Virus record (IMG/VR): IMGVR_UViG_3300045988_180316
Strand: one strand, 5' to 3'
DNA: 37,769 bases
Source: a virus
Taxonomy: Duplodnaviria > Heunggongvirae > Uroviricota > Caudoviricetes
The notes below the pieces were generated by a model. It did not search any database, was not told where the DNA came from, and saw only the letters and a program-made list of their open reading frames with translations. Position 1 is the first letter of the stretch. The number at the start of each line of letters is the position of its first letter. Positions 16,802 through 26,664 of this stretch are shown one piece after another. The position numbers were made by a program, and so were the translations under genes.

Positions 16802-19800
16802 TTAATATGCGTGGTTCAGCTTGCGCGCTGTGTATTTGGTCGTGTAGTCACTCACCTTGTTGCCCATGGTTGAGTTATAGACCAGCAGGAACGTCGCACT
16901 GTCGCCCTGTCCCATCTCTATGTAATCTTTGTTGCCGCAGTTCTCATCGAGAATCAAAGGTAACTCCTCTTTGTTCCATGCGTAGGAATCGCTTTTGTCT
17001 TTGATCTTGTTGCGCCCATAAATGAAGAAGTTTGTCGTGCCTGGCTCAGCGACCACCGTAAATGTCACGGCGAAGTTGGTAGATGAGCCACAGCCTAATG
17101 CGCTGCGCACCTCAGACAGTGTTGGCAGCGTTATGCCGCTTGACGAGACGTAGCTGTAGATGAGCCAGACGTTATTCTCAGAAATCTTGGCATAGCCATT
17201 GTAGATGGTGTTTTTTGTGCTAAGTGCATATCTGCTATACTTATATCCACCTATCCATCCATTGAGTACGCCATTGCCAGCACCTGTGAAAGCAAAATTA
17301 TAGGCACCGTTTTTAGCCGAGAGTATGGCTGCGATATTGTAACCAAGCCCCCACCAGTCGCTGCTGTCCTCATTTTCGAATCGGGCCACCGCACGCTGTC
17401 CTGACGACGCAGGGAGCACGTTGCCACCGATGCCCGCAAAGCATTTATGGGTATCGTTGCGAAATATGATGTATGCATCATTGGTAAATGGGTCGTTAGT
17501 CAGACCCGTGCCCTGGATAGTGAAGCCGGCGATCTTGCCCGCCAAAGCCTCCATGGAGCCATCTTTGTTGATTTTGAAATTGCTGTTGGCCGTGACCACA
17601 CCGTTAAGGTTGATTTGGTCTGCCGTGATGGTGGCAGAGGAGATGCCGTTGGCAATCATTGTCTTGATGGTAGCCTCGGATAGAATCTTGCCATCGACAC
17701 CCTCGATTTTTGTAGTCAACGCATTGTAGTCTGCCGTCACAAGCAAGCCACCTTTGTTTTTGAGCGTGCCATCGGCATTGAATCGCTCGCTCATCAGGGC
17801 GTTGTAGTCAGCGGTGGTGATAAGATAGCTCGTATCTTTGAGCTTGCCATTGGCATCGAAACGAGCAACTGCCGAAGACCACGAATCGGCGTTTTGACTG
17901 ACCAACGATATAGTCGGACCATAATCGTTGCGTATGTCTGAGCCTACGCTGTCGGCGTGTCTCCTGGCTTCGGCAACGGAACTGTTGAGGGCATTGTAGT
18001 TGTCAGACATAGTCCCTTGCAAAGTGTTTTTGGCTGCATTCAGCTCGTCTTTTGTCGCAGCCTTGCCCACCGTGGTATTGATGCCATTGACCGTTATCTT
18101 TAACTCAGCGAGTGCCGCCTTGGTGCCGTTGGCAGTATTGGTGACGCTCTCGACACGTGCAGTGATGCTGTCGATGTCGGTGTAGATGCCAGAAATTTTC
18201 TCGTTTGTGCTATCCTGCCAGGTGTTGATGAGGTCGATGCGACCTGCCTCTATCTCTATTCTTGACGAGAGTGTTGTGTTGAGTTCGCCGTATCTCTTAT
18301 CGACATATAGGCGTATTGCCTCTTTCTCAGCGTCCAGCTCGATGCCGAGCTGAGTTGTGGTACCATTGACCTTGTCGATGTTTTGTCCCAGCAGCTTGAT
18401 GTTTTTAGCCGTCTGAAGTATTTGTGTCGAGACGGTCTTGCTCAGGTTGTCGAGCGGCTCGTCGGTGATGGTGAGCAGCGCGACGTAGATGTCGCCTGTA
18501 TATCGGAGCACGAAGTCGCCTGTGCCATTCCACTTGCCATTTAGCTCTACCGTCTGCCACTCTGCCGAGTATGGCACGCTGACGCTCTGGGCTGACAGGT
18601 CGTTGGTCTTGCCTTCGACGGCCTTGCAACCCTCGAAGCCAAAGGTGAGGGTGCCAGCAGTCTTGGCATAGATGCGAGCACTTATATATAAGGTGTTTTG
18701 CACCTCGGTGTAGCTGTCGCCAGTGGTATTCATGCCATCCTCGCCTTTTTCTGCCGATGGCTGGGTATATTCCTTGTGAGTACCGGGCTTGCGGATGAGG
18801 TCATTGGATTGTTTGACGCCGCTGTCCTGTATATGCAGCATGTTGCGCCCCTCGTTGTTGTCGATGCTCACTCGGTGGTTGCCACTCACGGTGGCGGCAC
18901 CATTGACCATGACAGGTAAGCCATTGGCATCGACCCAGAACTGGGACTCGTCTGTATCGTCGATGGTCCAGCCATCAATGAGCTGCTCATCGTTATAGCC
19001 TATCGCCGTCAGAAACTGACCGTTATGGAGGTAGTTGTTCTCCTCTGTCGCCTCGTAGGAGGTCTGTGCGAAGCGGGTGGCGAACTGGTTCTGCAGCATC
19101 TGTATTTTGGTGTCGATGCTCTCACCTGTGCGGCGGAGCACGAAGTCGCCCGTGGCGTAGAGGTTCTGCAGGAACTCACCGAAGCCTGAGAGTGCACCGA
19201 AGAGTGGATGGGTGATGCCCCGTAAGTTGCCGAGGCGACCTTTGAGCGCATTGTCTGGGTCTGTCTTGAGACCATAGATGATGTCCATGTAGGGCGTATC
19301 GCTGCCCACGGTCATCATCTGTATGATGCCCTTGCGGTCGGGGTCGGTGAGGTTGTCGACCCTAACAAAAGTGTCTCGCTTGGTGATGAGCTGCTCTGCG
19401 GTGGCACCCTCCATCGATGAGGTGAAGTTCTTGAACTTAACCCATGCCAACATATCCTCGCCACTGCCCTCGCTGCCCACCTCTGTCACGATAAGCTCGT
19501 ATCGCTTGGTGACATAGTGGTTGTTTTCGGTGGAGGGCATGCCATTGTACTGCTGTACCATGATGTAGTCATCCTTGCGGAAGGGGTTGTACATCCTGCC
19601 CTCGTGGGTGTCGAGATAGACCCTGCCTGTCTCTGGATTGTAGTGGTCAACCTCTAGCATCGCCGTGAAGATGCGGTTGTCATTCTCACCCAAGAGTTGA
19701 GAGACGATCATCTCGAAGATGCGCATGGTACCACGCACGATGAGATTATCCAGCTCTAGGTTGTATTTATTCTCCTGTACCCCGGCAGCGTTGGTCGTGG

Positions 19801-20281
19801 GGTTGTTGGCGAGTCGCCAGCCCTTGCCATCGAGGAAGCCCGAGACGAAGTCGGGAGAGCCTATGGTATCATCAAAACGAGCAGCGCCCTTGACGTGCAG
19901 CGCACTGACTGTCGCCAAGCCCCACGCCAGGATCTCTTCGATGCAAAGCTTGTAACCCCCATTCTCTTTTGTGGCGAGGCAGAAGCCTTTTTGACCAGCC
20001 TCGGAGTAGTCATCAGTGGCGATGGAGTGGGCGATGATGTCGCCCTCTTTGGAGAAAGAAAAGAGGTTGCCTATCTTGATGCCCTTGAGAAAGGTGATGA
20101 GCCCATGGGCTGTATCGTCGTTGATGGCGGAGAGTTTATCGTTGTCAGCAGAGGAAGCATAGTCGAGCAGGGACAGGAAGGCGTTGCCAATGCGGCTTGC
20201 CGTATTGGCGTGCTTGACTCTCTCGTCACGGATGCCCTCGAAAGCCTCTCTGATTTTGTTGATGTCTTTATTTTCTGCCAT
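16802..20281 (-). CDS. Large tail fibre / host-specificity protein (putative)
   Basis: 1159 aa, Gly/Asn/Thr/Ser-rich beta-type composition. Internal duplicated segment FDANGKLKDTSYLITTADYNAL / FNADGTLKNKGGLLVTADYNAL. First gene of an operon behind a TATCTTTG promoter. Confidence 0.55.
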   Translation of the reverse strand: MAENKDINKIREAFEGIRDERVKHANTASRIGNAFLSLLDYASSADNDKLSAINDDTAHGLITFLKGIKIGNLFSFSKEGDIIAHSIATDDYSEAGQKGFCLATKENGGYKLCIEEILAWGLATVSALHVKGAARFDDTIGSPDFVSGFLDGKGWRLANNPTTNAAGVQENKYNLELDNLIVRGTMRIFEMIVSQLLGENDNRIFTAMLEVDHYNPETGRVYLDTHEGRMYNPFRKDDYIMVQQYNGMPSTENNHYVTKRYELIVTEVGSEGSGEDMLAWVKFKNFTSSMEGATAEQLITKRDTFVRVDNLTDPDRKGIIQMMTVGSDTPYMDIIYGLKTDPDNALKGRLGNLRGITHPLFGALSGFGEFLQNLYATGDFVLRRTGESIDTKIQMLQNQFATRFAQTSYEATEENNYLHNGQFLTAIGYNDEQLIDGWTIDDTDESQFWVDANGLPVMVNGAATVSGNHRVSIDNNEGRNMLHIQDSGVKQSNDLIRKPGTHKEYTQPSAEKGEDGMNTTGDSYTEVQNTLYISARIYAKTAGTLTFGFEGCKAVEGKTNDLSAQSVSVPYSAEWQTVELNGKWNGTGDFVLRYTGDIYVALLTITDEPLDNLSKTVSTQILQTAKNIKLLGQNIDKVNGTTTQLGIELDAEKEAIRLYVDKRYGELNTTLSSRIEIEAGRIDLINTWQDSTNEKISGIYTDIDSITARVESVTNTANGTKAALAELKITVNGINTTVGKAATKDELNAAKNTLQGTMSDNYNALNSSVAEARRHADSVGSDIRNDYGPTISLVSQNADSWSSAVARFDANGKLKDTSYLITTADYNALMSERFNADGTLKNKGGLLVTADYNALTTKIEGVDGKILSEATIKTMIANGISSATITADQINLNGVVTANSNFKINKDGSMEALAGKIAGFTIQGTGLTNDPFTNDAYIIFRNDTHKCFAGIGGNVLPASSGQRAVARFENEDSSDWWGLGYNIAAILSAKNGAYNFAFTGAGNGVLNGWIGGYKYSRYALSTKNTIYNGYAKISENNVWLIYSYVSSSGITLPTLSEVRSALGCGSSTNFAVTFTVVAEPGTTNFFIYGRNKIKDKSDSYAWNKEELPLILDENCGNKDYIEMGQGDSATFLLVYNSTMGNKVSDYTTKYTARKLNHAY

Positions 20282-20297
20282 ATTTTTTATTTTGATG

Positions 20298-20305
20298 CAA
20301 AGATA
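20298..20305 (-). promoter_or_regulatory. -7 promoter element TATCTTTG (minus sense) for the tail-fibre operon
   Basis: Plus-strand caaagata, 16 nt upstream of the ATG at 20281, preceded in minus sense by GTATTTTTAT. Confidence 0.4.
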
Positions 20306-20333
20306 GGTATGATGAGAACTATATAAAAATACG

Positions 20334-20792
20334 CTAGATCGGTGTGCCGAACATCTGCTTGAAGATGTCGGCCATCAGTCCCTGGTATTCATCGCCATAG
20401 AAGTAGCCCTCCATGTCGTTGAGCTTCATGATGGAGGCGTAGTACTTGCGATTGAACCATGGACGGCGCTGTCGTGGCTCGCCCAAGTTATGCTTGGCAC
20501 GGTACTCAGGGTCGAGAAACTCTAGGTCGCCGGGGTTGCCATGGTAATAACCATTGCCCGTGCCTGTCTCTTGATAGAGGCCGTAGAGCAGGAACTTGTG
20601 GGCTATCTGGCGAGAGGAACCGCCAAAGGATGTGGCTTGGACGGAACTGAAGAGGGCTCCGGTATGTCGGATGCGATAGTGGATGATTTTCTCTTTCCAG
20701 ATATGCACCATCTCCTCAGCCCATCCTCGTTCGTAGGCGTAGATGTCCTCTTGTGAGACGGGTTGCTTGATGTCATTCGTTCCATTCCTCAT
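20334..20792 (-). CDS. Hypothetical phage structural-module protein
   Basis: 152 aa ORF; 3' end overlaps the next gene's start by 20 nt; no recognisable motif. Confidence 0.4.
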   Translation of the reverse strand: MRNGTNDIKQPVSQEDIYAYERGWAEEMVHIWKEKIIHYRIRHTGALFSSVQATSFGGSSRQIAHKFLLYGLYQETGTGNGYYHGNPGDLEFLDPEYRAKHNLGEPRQRRPWFNRKYYASIMKLNDMEGYFYGDEYQGLMADIFKQMFGTPI

Positions 20793-21303
20793 AATTATAC
20801 TCCAGGTCTAGTGGCTCGCTCACGTCAAGATGAAACTCGACGCCTGTGAGACCGTTGATGAAATAGGCACCCATCTCTCGGCTGTCTATCTGGTCGCTGA
20901 GGGTGTAGGTGTTATAGTTGTCTTGCCAGTTGTATTTGTCGATGACAATCTTGCTCAGGAACTGTCGGAATATCTTGCGGCAGGTGTTGAGCTTCTCTTG
21001 TCGGTCGTTCATGTCGAACTGTTTGTATCGCATGAGAATCCACACGGTATAGGTCATCACCTTGCGATAGCTGCCATCGCCGTTGATGGCGACGTTGCCC
21101 TCGTTGGTGTCGTCGATGACCACGAAGTTTTTGCTCTTCGCCATATTCTGTAGCATGCCCTCAAACGAGGCAGGGGTGCTGCAGGTGGTAGGAGTGAAGC
21201 CAAGCTCGGAGGTGAGCTTGTTTTGTCGGGTGAGGTCTCGAAAGTAGGAGAAGGCATCGAAGCCCACCTGAGTGTCTGGAGTCTTAACATCTGTACTGAT
21301 CAT
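20773..21303 (-). CDS. Hypothetical phage structural-module protein
   Basis: 176 aa ORF overlapping its neighbours at both ends. Confidence 0.4.
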   Translation of the reverse strand: MISTDVKTPDTQVGFDAFSYFRDLTRQNKLTSELGFTPTTCSTPASFEGMLQNMAKSKNFVVIDDTNEGNVAINGDGSYRKVMTYTVWILMRYKQFDMNDRQEKLNTCRKIFRQFLSKIVIDKYNWQDNYNTYTLSDQIDSREMGAYFINGLTGVEFHLDVSEPLDLEYNYEEWNE

Positions 21304-22097
21304 GATTTTTGTTTTAATCGTTTGTCTAACTCGTCAGCCTCGCGAGCCTTGGCATCCAGTTCGGTGAGTGCTCGCCATACGTCAGAGTCTCTAATCTGCC
21401 CTTCTTTGGTGATGTCGCCGCCCGTGAGGGCACGGATCTGGGCGTTCATCGCCTCTATCATATCGTAGTCGCCATCAGCTGAAGCTGGCTTGAAGAGGTG
21501 TGGAAAACTTGTGGAAAAGTTTTGCTTGACCCACATGAACCACAGGAAGGCACCCATCACCTCGACTGGCGTACACTCGATATGTTCGGGTGGGTTGCCC
21601 TTGGCATCGAGATAGAGGTAGCGCATCATCTCTCTGAGCGGTGCGTCGCTCGACTGGTCTGACTGCAGAAACTGCTGGAAGTAGTTGTCGGCGATGAGGT
21701 AATGTTGAAATGGGTACTCGTGCAGCTCGATGTCGGCGGCTTGGAAAAGCCCGATATGATCGAGGCGGTTGTCTGCGCCCTTGCCGTCGAATATGTAGTC
21801 GAAGGCTTGGCAGAAGTCTTGCACTTGCCATAGCTGAAGGAAGAAGCGCACAGTCTTGCCACTGTCTAGCTGGGTTTGGCAGAGCCAGCCGTCTTTTTTC
21901 TCGTTGAGCACCTCGATGCCAGCGAAGCGAGCGAAGAGGTAGGTGCGCACCTGCCACTCTTGCCACCCTTGGGTGAGGAGGTAGAGCACGTAGCGCAGCT
22001 GGTCTTGGGTGAGCTCGCCCCAGGAGTGAGGCACGTGGAGGTTGAGCGTGCCGTCAGCCAGCAAAGAAGAAGGTTGTGTCGTCAGCATTGTTTTCAT
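21300..22097 (-). CDS. Hypothetical phage structural-module protein
   Basis: 265 aa ORF; 4-nt overlap with the downstream gene. Confidence 0.4.
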   Translation of the reverse strand: MKTMLTTQPSSLLADGTLNLHVPHSWGELTQDQLRYVLYLLTQGWQEWQVRTYLFARFAGIEVLNEKKDGWLCQTQLDSGKTVRFFLQLWQVQDFCQAFDYIFDGKGADNRLDHIGLFQAADIELHEYPFQHYLIADNYFQQFLQSDQSSDAPLREMMRYLYLDAKGNPPEHIECTPVEVMGAFLWFMWVKQNFSTSFPHLFKPASADGDYDMIEAMNAQIRALTGGDITKEGQIRDSDVWRALTELDAKAREADELDKRLKQKS

Positions 22098-22899
22098 AAG
22101 CTATATTGTGGCTAGCCTTGTAGGCGGTGGAATCTCTATATTTGGCGAAGTCATCGATGTTATCGTCTATGAGGGAGAGTAGGCTGAAGAAGAGTTTGTC
22201 TCTCGCCCTGAGGTCGATGGAATCGCCGTTTTTTGTGATATGGCACCCGATGAAATCGTAGATGCGCATGATGGCGACCCGATGGGAGGTGGTCGGGAAC
22301 TGAGCCTTGCGCTCCTCTTCGAGCAACTGGTCTATCTGTGCATCGGAGAGCTCTCGGCGCAGGAAGGTCTCGGCTTGGTCTATCTCGCCCTTGTGCGCCA
22401 CGAGGTCATCGAAGGTAAGCTTGCCGGGGATGCCGCAGAACTTGTTGAGGATGTATGGCGACCAAATGAAGGAGCGGATGGTGTTGAAGGCTTGCAAGCT
22501 GTCAGCCCAGCCCTCGACCTGTCGCAATCGGTTGATGACGTTGTGCAGGGCGTAGTCTCGCCTGTAGGCAAGCTCGTGCTCCATGGCATCGACACGAGCC
22601 TGTGAGGCTGGGGCGATGTTGTCGTTGGAGACCACCCCGAAGCCGTTGTCGGTCATGATGATGTCGTGGGAGTGGAGACTATCGAGGAAGGTGGCCAGTA
22701 TGACATAGTCTCTGGCGTAGCGCTGCAGGGGCGAGTCTTCGGTCGAGACCGCTTGCTCGGCATCTGCGCCCACGACGGTGGCGATAAGATCGTCAAAATG
22801 GTTCTCGAAGGATGGCTGCATCTTGGTGAAGACATCCTCGGAGGCTGCCGCCACGAATGGCAGCAGCTGCTCGAACTGGTTTATATCAATCTGTATCAT
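22054..22899 (-). CDS. Hypothetical phage structural-module protein
   Basis: Start moved to MIQIDINQFEQLL (22899) to reduce overlap with the upstream gene; ORF track gives 22941. Confidence 0.4.
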   Translation of the reverse strand: MIQIDINQFEQLLPFVAAASEDVFTKMQPSFENHFDDLIATVVGADAEQAVSTEDSPLQRYARDYVILATFLDSLHSHDIIMTDNGFGVVSNDNIAPASQARVDAMEHELAYRRDYALHNVINRLRQVEGWADSLQAFNTIRSFIWSPYILNKFCGIPGKLTFDDLVAHKGEIDQAETFLRRELSDAQIDQLLEEERKAQFPTTSHRVAIMRIYDFIGCHITKNGDSIDLRARDKLFFSLLSLIDDNIDDFAKYRDSTAYKASHNIAYENNADDTTFFFAG

Positions 22900-24292
22900 C
22901 TTGTTGCTTTGATTTTGGGTTGTTGGAAACTTGCTTGGCATCCTTGTTCTCGTCGAGGGTGGTGAGCATGATGAGCGGCACGTCTGGATAGACCTTCTGC
23001 TCCCAGTGGTTGAAGTAGATGACCACCCAGTGAACGGTCTCCATGAGGTCGTGGAACGCCTTCTCTATCGACTGCTTGAGGGTGAAGAGCTCTCGCTTGT
23101 CTGAGCCAGAGTTGTTGGTTTGGCTCTTGCCCGGTGTGGCGCCCACGAGATTAGGGTGGATGTTGTCGGCATAACACTGCATGTTGTTGCTCTCGGCGAT
23201 GTCGTCGCTGTAGTCACCGCCATCCTTTGAGGTGTCGATGCGCGTGATGCGCACCATCTTTACCTCTTTGCCATCAGGTGTGGTGTAATAGCCCGCTATC
23301 CAGAGCTTGCCGCTATTCTCGATGCCTGAGATGAAGGAGCGGATTTTTTCTTTCTCCTTCAGCTTGCGCTCCTTTTGCTTTGCCTTGTCGGTGATGTGCT
23401 CCTCTTGGAAGATGCCACGCCAATAGTCGTTGTGTATCTCTACGAGGTATGGGATGGCGGCGTGGTTTTTGAGCTTCGCCATCTTGCCGATGGCGATGAG
23501 CCGGGAGATGTCGTACCACTTGTCTCGGAAGATGGCGCTGTAGTAGGGCACGGGGTAGTATTGGCTGCCAGGAGTAGGGAAGCGGGTCACGATGGCGAAG
23601 ACACGGTCATTGCACTTCGCGCCACCCGTCTGTCTGGTCAGGGTCTGTCCGCTTTGTCCGTCGAGCCCCATGCGCTGCTGCAGGTCGCCCAGTGGGTCTA
23701 GCTCGTCGAGGAGCGGCAGCACCTCGATGTTGTCGGGATTGACGGCATTGCGCCAGTTGGCATAGAGCACGTATTCGGAGCGACCGTTTTTGCTCTGGGT
23801 GAACCGACAGTAGCACGCCTCTTTGTGCCGTATGCCCACGATGCGATCGCCCTTTTTGTTGAGGATGATGGCTGAGACACAAAAGAAGAAGTACTTCATG
23901 TCTGTGATTTGCTCTAGGAAGAAGCGCGAGAGGTTGTTGTGCATCTTGAAGAGGTTGACCTCTTTGTCTTGTGTCGGAAGCTTTGTCTTGATGTCGTTGT
24001 ACTGGAAGCCCATGCCGTAGCAGGTGAGCACGTTGAAGAGCTTGTTTTGCGCCATCACGCTGCTCTCACCGATATTTTTGATGAGCTGGTAGGGCAGCTT
24101 GTTGTCTGCCCCGAAGGGGATGTAGGTGTATCGCTGCTTTCCCACCTCTACGGAGACGGTGGGTGTGGTACCATCATCATCGAAGATGGATGAGGACTCG
24201 ACGAAGCCGCTGGTGGGCGAGGAGGTCTGGTAATCGAGCACCTCGCCCATGGTTGCGTATGTGATGTTTATGTTATCGCTTTTGTCTGTCAT
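22886..24292 (-). CDS. Hypothetical large phage morphogenesis protein (portal or tail candidate, unresolved)
   Basis: Start moved to MTDKSDNINITY (24292); ~469 aa. No motif I can name. Confidence 0.35.
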   Translation of the reverse strand: MTDKSDNINITYATMGEVLDYQTSSPTSGFVESSSIFDDDGTTPTVSVEVGKQRYTYIPFGADNKLPYQLIKNIGESSVMAQNKLFNVLTCYGMGFQYNDIKTKLPTQDKEVNLFKMHNNLSRFFLEQITDMKYFFFCVSAIILNKKGDRIVGIRHKEACYCRFTQSKNGRSEYVLYANWRNAVNPDNIEVLPLLDELDPLGDLQQRMGLDGQSGQTLTRQTGGAKCNDRVFAIVTRFPTPGSQYYPVPYYSAIFRDKWYDISRLIAIGKMAKLKNHAAIPYLVEIHNDYWRGIFQEEHITDKAKQKERKLKEKEKIRSFISGIENSGKLWIAGYYTTPDGKEVKMVRITRIDTSKDGGDYSDDIAESNNMQCYADNIHPNLVGATPGKSQTNNSGSDKRELFTLKQSIEKAFHDLMETVHWVVIYFNHWEQKVYPDVPLIMLTTLDENKDAKQVSNNPKSKQQDDTD

Positions 24293-24297
24293 AATTT

Positions 24298-24558
24298 TTA
24301 TAAGTATATTGAATGGTCGTTGTATCTGAAGATGAAGATGTCTCTCACCTTGCGTATCTGGTGGTTGACGGGATTGTAGAGGGTGTGGGTGCCATTCTGC
24401 CAGGATGAGGACTTGACGAGCCATCCCCGGTATTGGATGATGGAGCCGTCGCCGCCCTTCCAGCAGTCGATGTCAACGGTCGAGCGGTCGATGCGCGATA
24501 TGTCGAGGGCACGGCGCAGCTCGTTGATGTGTATTGCCTTGGGTGTCTTATCTGCCAT
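24298..24558 (-). CDS. Hypothetical small phage protein
   Basis: 86 aa ORF between two larger structural-module genes. Confidence 0.4.
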   Translation of the reverse strand: MADKTPKAIHINELRRALDISRIDRSTVDIDCWKGGDGSIIQYRGWLVKSSSWQNGTHTLYNPVNHQIRKVRDIFIFRYNDHSIYL

Positions 24559-24575
24559 ATATCTGAAGCTTTTGT

Positions 24576-25637
24576 TTAGTTGAACGTATCGTCGAAGGAG
24601 TCGTCGAAGATGCGACCGCCTGTGTTGCCGATGTTCTTGAACACGACATTCTGGACTCGCTGGGCATATTGGTAGCTGAAGGTGAACTCAGCCATGTCGT
24701 CCAGCTCGTTGGTGCGCTCGCTCTTGGAGTCGGTAAAGGTTATCTCTTTGTCCTGGGTGTAGTCACGGAACAGATAGATCTCATCGGAGCGCAGCAGGTC
24801 TTCGGCGAAGTGTGCCATGGACGGTGGGATAACGCCTGTGTCGCCCTCGAAGGTGCGGGTCTCTTTGACGGAGTAGTTGATCTTTTTGCCGCTGATGACG
24901 GCGCTCTTGCGCTCGAAGGTAGGTGCGATTTTCTTTTTGCCCAGGCAATAGAAGATCTCTTGGCACCCGAAGGAGTTGGTGAAGAGGAGCACCGGGTCGG
25001 CGACCGCCTCGGTATGGTCTATCTGGAAGTCTTGCACTCGCTTGCCCACGGTGACGGTGTAGGCGAAGAGGTCGCCACGGTCGGCATCGTAGTAACGGTC
25101 GGGCGAGACATCGAAGGTGGTGATGTTATTCACCGTATGGGTAGGGGTGGCATCGGCGGCGATATTGCCCTCCACGACCTTGCCGTCTTTGTAATATCGG
25201 GCTGTGACGGCGGCAGTGGTGCTGTCGGCACCTGCGGCATGGAGATATTCACGATGGCCGAGCTGTGTGAGCTTGGCACCATCGAGGAGGGTGAGGAAGT
25301 ATTGGTCGAGGAACGCCTGGCACGACATGTTGATGTCAACGGTGGCGTAGTAGGCGGTGAACTCGCACGACCAGTTGGCGACATCGCTCTCGCCATTGTG
25401 CTCGACAATCTTGATGGCGCACTTGGCGACCACGGTCGTGCGCACGGCATCGGAGATGAGCGTGCCGAGGTCGTAGATGGTGATGGTGCCAGCCACTGGG
25501 TAGTAAGTCTCGCTGAGCAGCTCTTCGCCCTCGCAGGTGATGGTAACGGTAGCGCGCTCGCCACCTATCTTGAAGGAGAAGGAGTCGAGCGCACTGGTGA
25601 ACAATGGCGAAGATGGTTGGTTGGTAACTGTAATCAT
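24576..25637 (-). CDS. Hypothetical phage structural protein, first gene after a terminator/promoter module
   Basis: 353 aa. The overlapping plus-strand ORF 24669-25793 looks like an antisense artefact. TATCTTTG promoter 20 nt upstream. Confidence 0.45.
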   Translation of the reverse strand: MITVTNQPSSPLFTSALDSFSFKIGGERATVTITCEGEELLSETYYPVAGTITIYDLGTLISDAVRTTVVAKCAIKIVEHNGESDVANWSCEFTAYYATVDINMSCQAFLDQYFLTLLDGAKLTQLGHREYLHAAGADSTTAAVTARYYKDGKVVEGNIAADATPTHTVNNITTFDVSPDRYYDADRGDLFAYTVTVGKRVQDFQIDHTEAVADPVLLFTNSFGCQEIFYCLGKKKIAPTFERKSAVISGKKINYSVKETRTFEGDTGVIPPSMAHFAEDLLRSDEIYLFRDYTQDKEITFTDSKSERTNELDDMAEFTFSYQYAQRVQNVVFKNIGNTGGRIFDDSFDDTFN

Positions 25638-25660
25638 ATCAATGTCTCATTAAAACGATG

Positions 25661-25668
25661 CAAAGATA
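25661..25668 (-). promoter_or_regulatory. -7 promoter element TATCTTTG (minus sense)
   Basis: Plus-strand caaagata 25661-25668, downstream of the terminator at 25682-25721 and about 24 nt upstream of the ATG at 25637. Confidence 0.4.
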
Positions 25669-25681
25669 GGAAGGAAGGGGA

Positions 25682-25721
25682 GAAAATAAAAATACCTGAT
25701 TGTCATCACGACAACCAGGTA
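25682..25721 (-). terminator. Rho-independent terminator (minus strand) after the three-gene small-protein operon
   Basis: 11-bp stem with one mismatch (25693-25703 with 25711-25721), 7-nt loop, followed in minus sense by TTTTTATTTTC. Confidence 0.45.
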
Positions 25722-25810
25722 TCGACTCATGGAGCTGACCACGCCTTGTTAAGCCTAAGGCTCCATTCCGAGACTGTTTTATGTTGTAAATGAAAAAAAA
25801 TGTATTTGCA

Positions 25811-26134
25811 TCATAATGGACTGCGCACGCCGTATTCCAGCTCCCAGACGAGACGACCACCACTTGGGCAAATCAGCTTGTAGCCATGTGCGACCATGTA
25901 TTCTGTAATGGTGGAGACGGAGGCTGTCACGATGTCTTTGATGTCGTCTTGTATCTCTTTTGATGTCATGACCTCTATCGGACCATCGCGCTCATCGGTT
26001 GGCGGGCGGTAGCCTTGGAAATAGGCATCGAGCGCCATATTGACGTAATCGACCTTAGTCTCTGGCTCTGGTGGTACAGCCGGGATGTCGGCTGTCACGT
26101 TGAAGCCCATGATGCGTTTGCGATTGTTGCTCAT
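25811..26134 (-). CDS. Hypothetical small protein, third gene of the small operon
   Basis: 107 aa; start overlaps the stop of the upstream gene (ATGA). Confidence 0.45.
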   Translation of the reverse strand: MSNNRKRIMGFNVTADIPAVPPEPETKVDYVNMALDAYFQGYRPPTDERDGPIEVMTSKEIQDDIKDIVTASVSTITEYMVAHGYKLICPSGGRLVWELEYGVRSPL

Positions 26135-26400
26135 GCCTCACCTCCTTTCGCCTCCAGGGCAATGTTGATGGTCTTGAAGAGCTTGCTCATGTGGTCGAAG
26201 TTATTGAGCATGAGCAGCACCCTGTCGGCACCGCCGAGGTCTTCGACGCAGTTGGTCACCACCTCGTCGGAGATGAGTACCTTTTTGACTTGCTCAAGGT
26301 ACTCGATGAAGTAGTTGAGCTGGTTGACATCCATCATATCTACGAGCGCATTCCAGACCTCTGCTGTCATGTGTATGTTTGTTGCGTTGTTTGTGTTCAT
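26131..26400 (-). CDS. Hypothetical small protein, second gene of the small operon
   Basis: 89 aa; overlaps both neighbours by 4 nt. Confidence 0.45.
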   Translation of the reverse strand: MNTNNATNIHMTAEVWNALVDMMDVNQLNYFIEYLEQVKKVLISDEVVTNCVEDLGGADRVLLMLNNFDHMSKLFKTINIALEAKGGEA

Positions 26401-26660
26401 GCTGCAATTCCTCCCATCAGATAACCACCAGCAATCATCACTACCGCGAAGCAGGCTATGCCCACCATGGTCAATGCCACCTCGCCATAAGTAACCGTCT
26501 CTTCGCAGAGGTAGCTGAAGGTCTCGCTCCTGGTAGCCATGAGGCGCTTAGCCTCACGCTTGATTGCACACTTGAGGGATTTCATTCCCTCGTTCACATT
26601 CACGTGGATGCCGGCAGGCTTAGCCTGCATCGCATCATTTAATAAAATAGAATTCTGCAT
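26397..26660 (-). CDS. Small tail-anchored membrane protein, first gene of the small operon
   Basis: 87 aa with C-terminal hydrophobic helix (VALTMVGIACFAVVMIAGGYLMGGIAA). Its ATG is 4 nt downstream of the third copy of a repeated 16-nt leader element. Confidence 0.45.
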   Translation of the reverse strand: MQNSILLNDAMQAKPAGIHVNVNEGMKSLKCAIKREAKRLMATRSETFSYLCEETVTYGEVALTMVGIACFAVVMIAGGYLMGGIAA

Positions 26661-26664
26661 ATTG

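Noticed and set aside
24669-25793. 374-aa plus-strand ORF
   Set aside because: Antisense to the minus-strand gene 24576-25637; Gly/Val/Leu/Asp/Glu-rich composition typical of an antisense artefact in GC3-rich genes.
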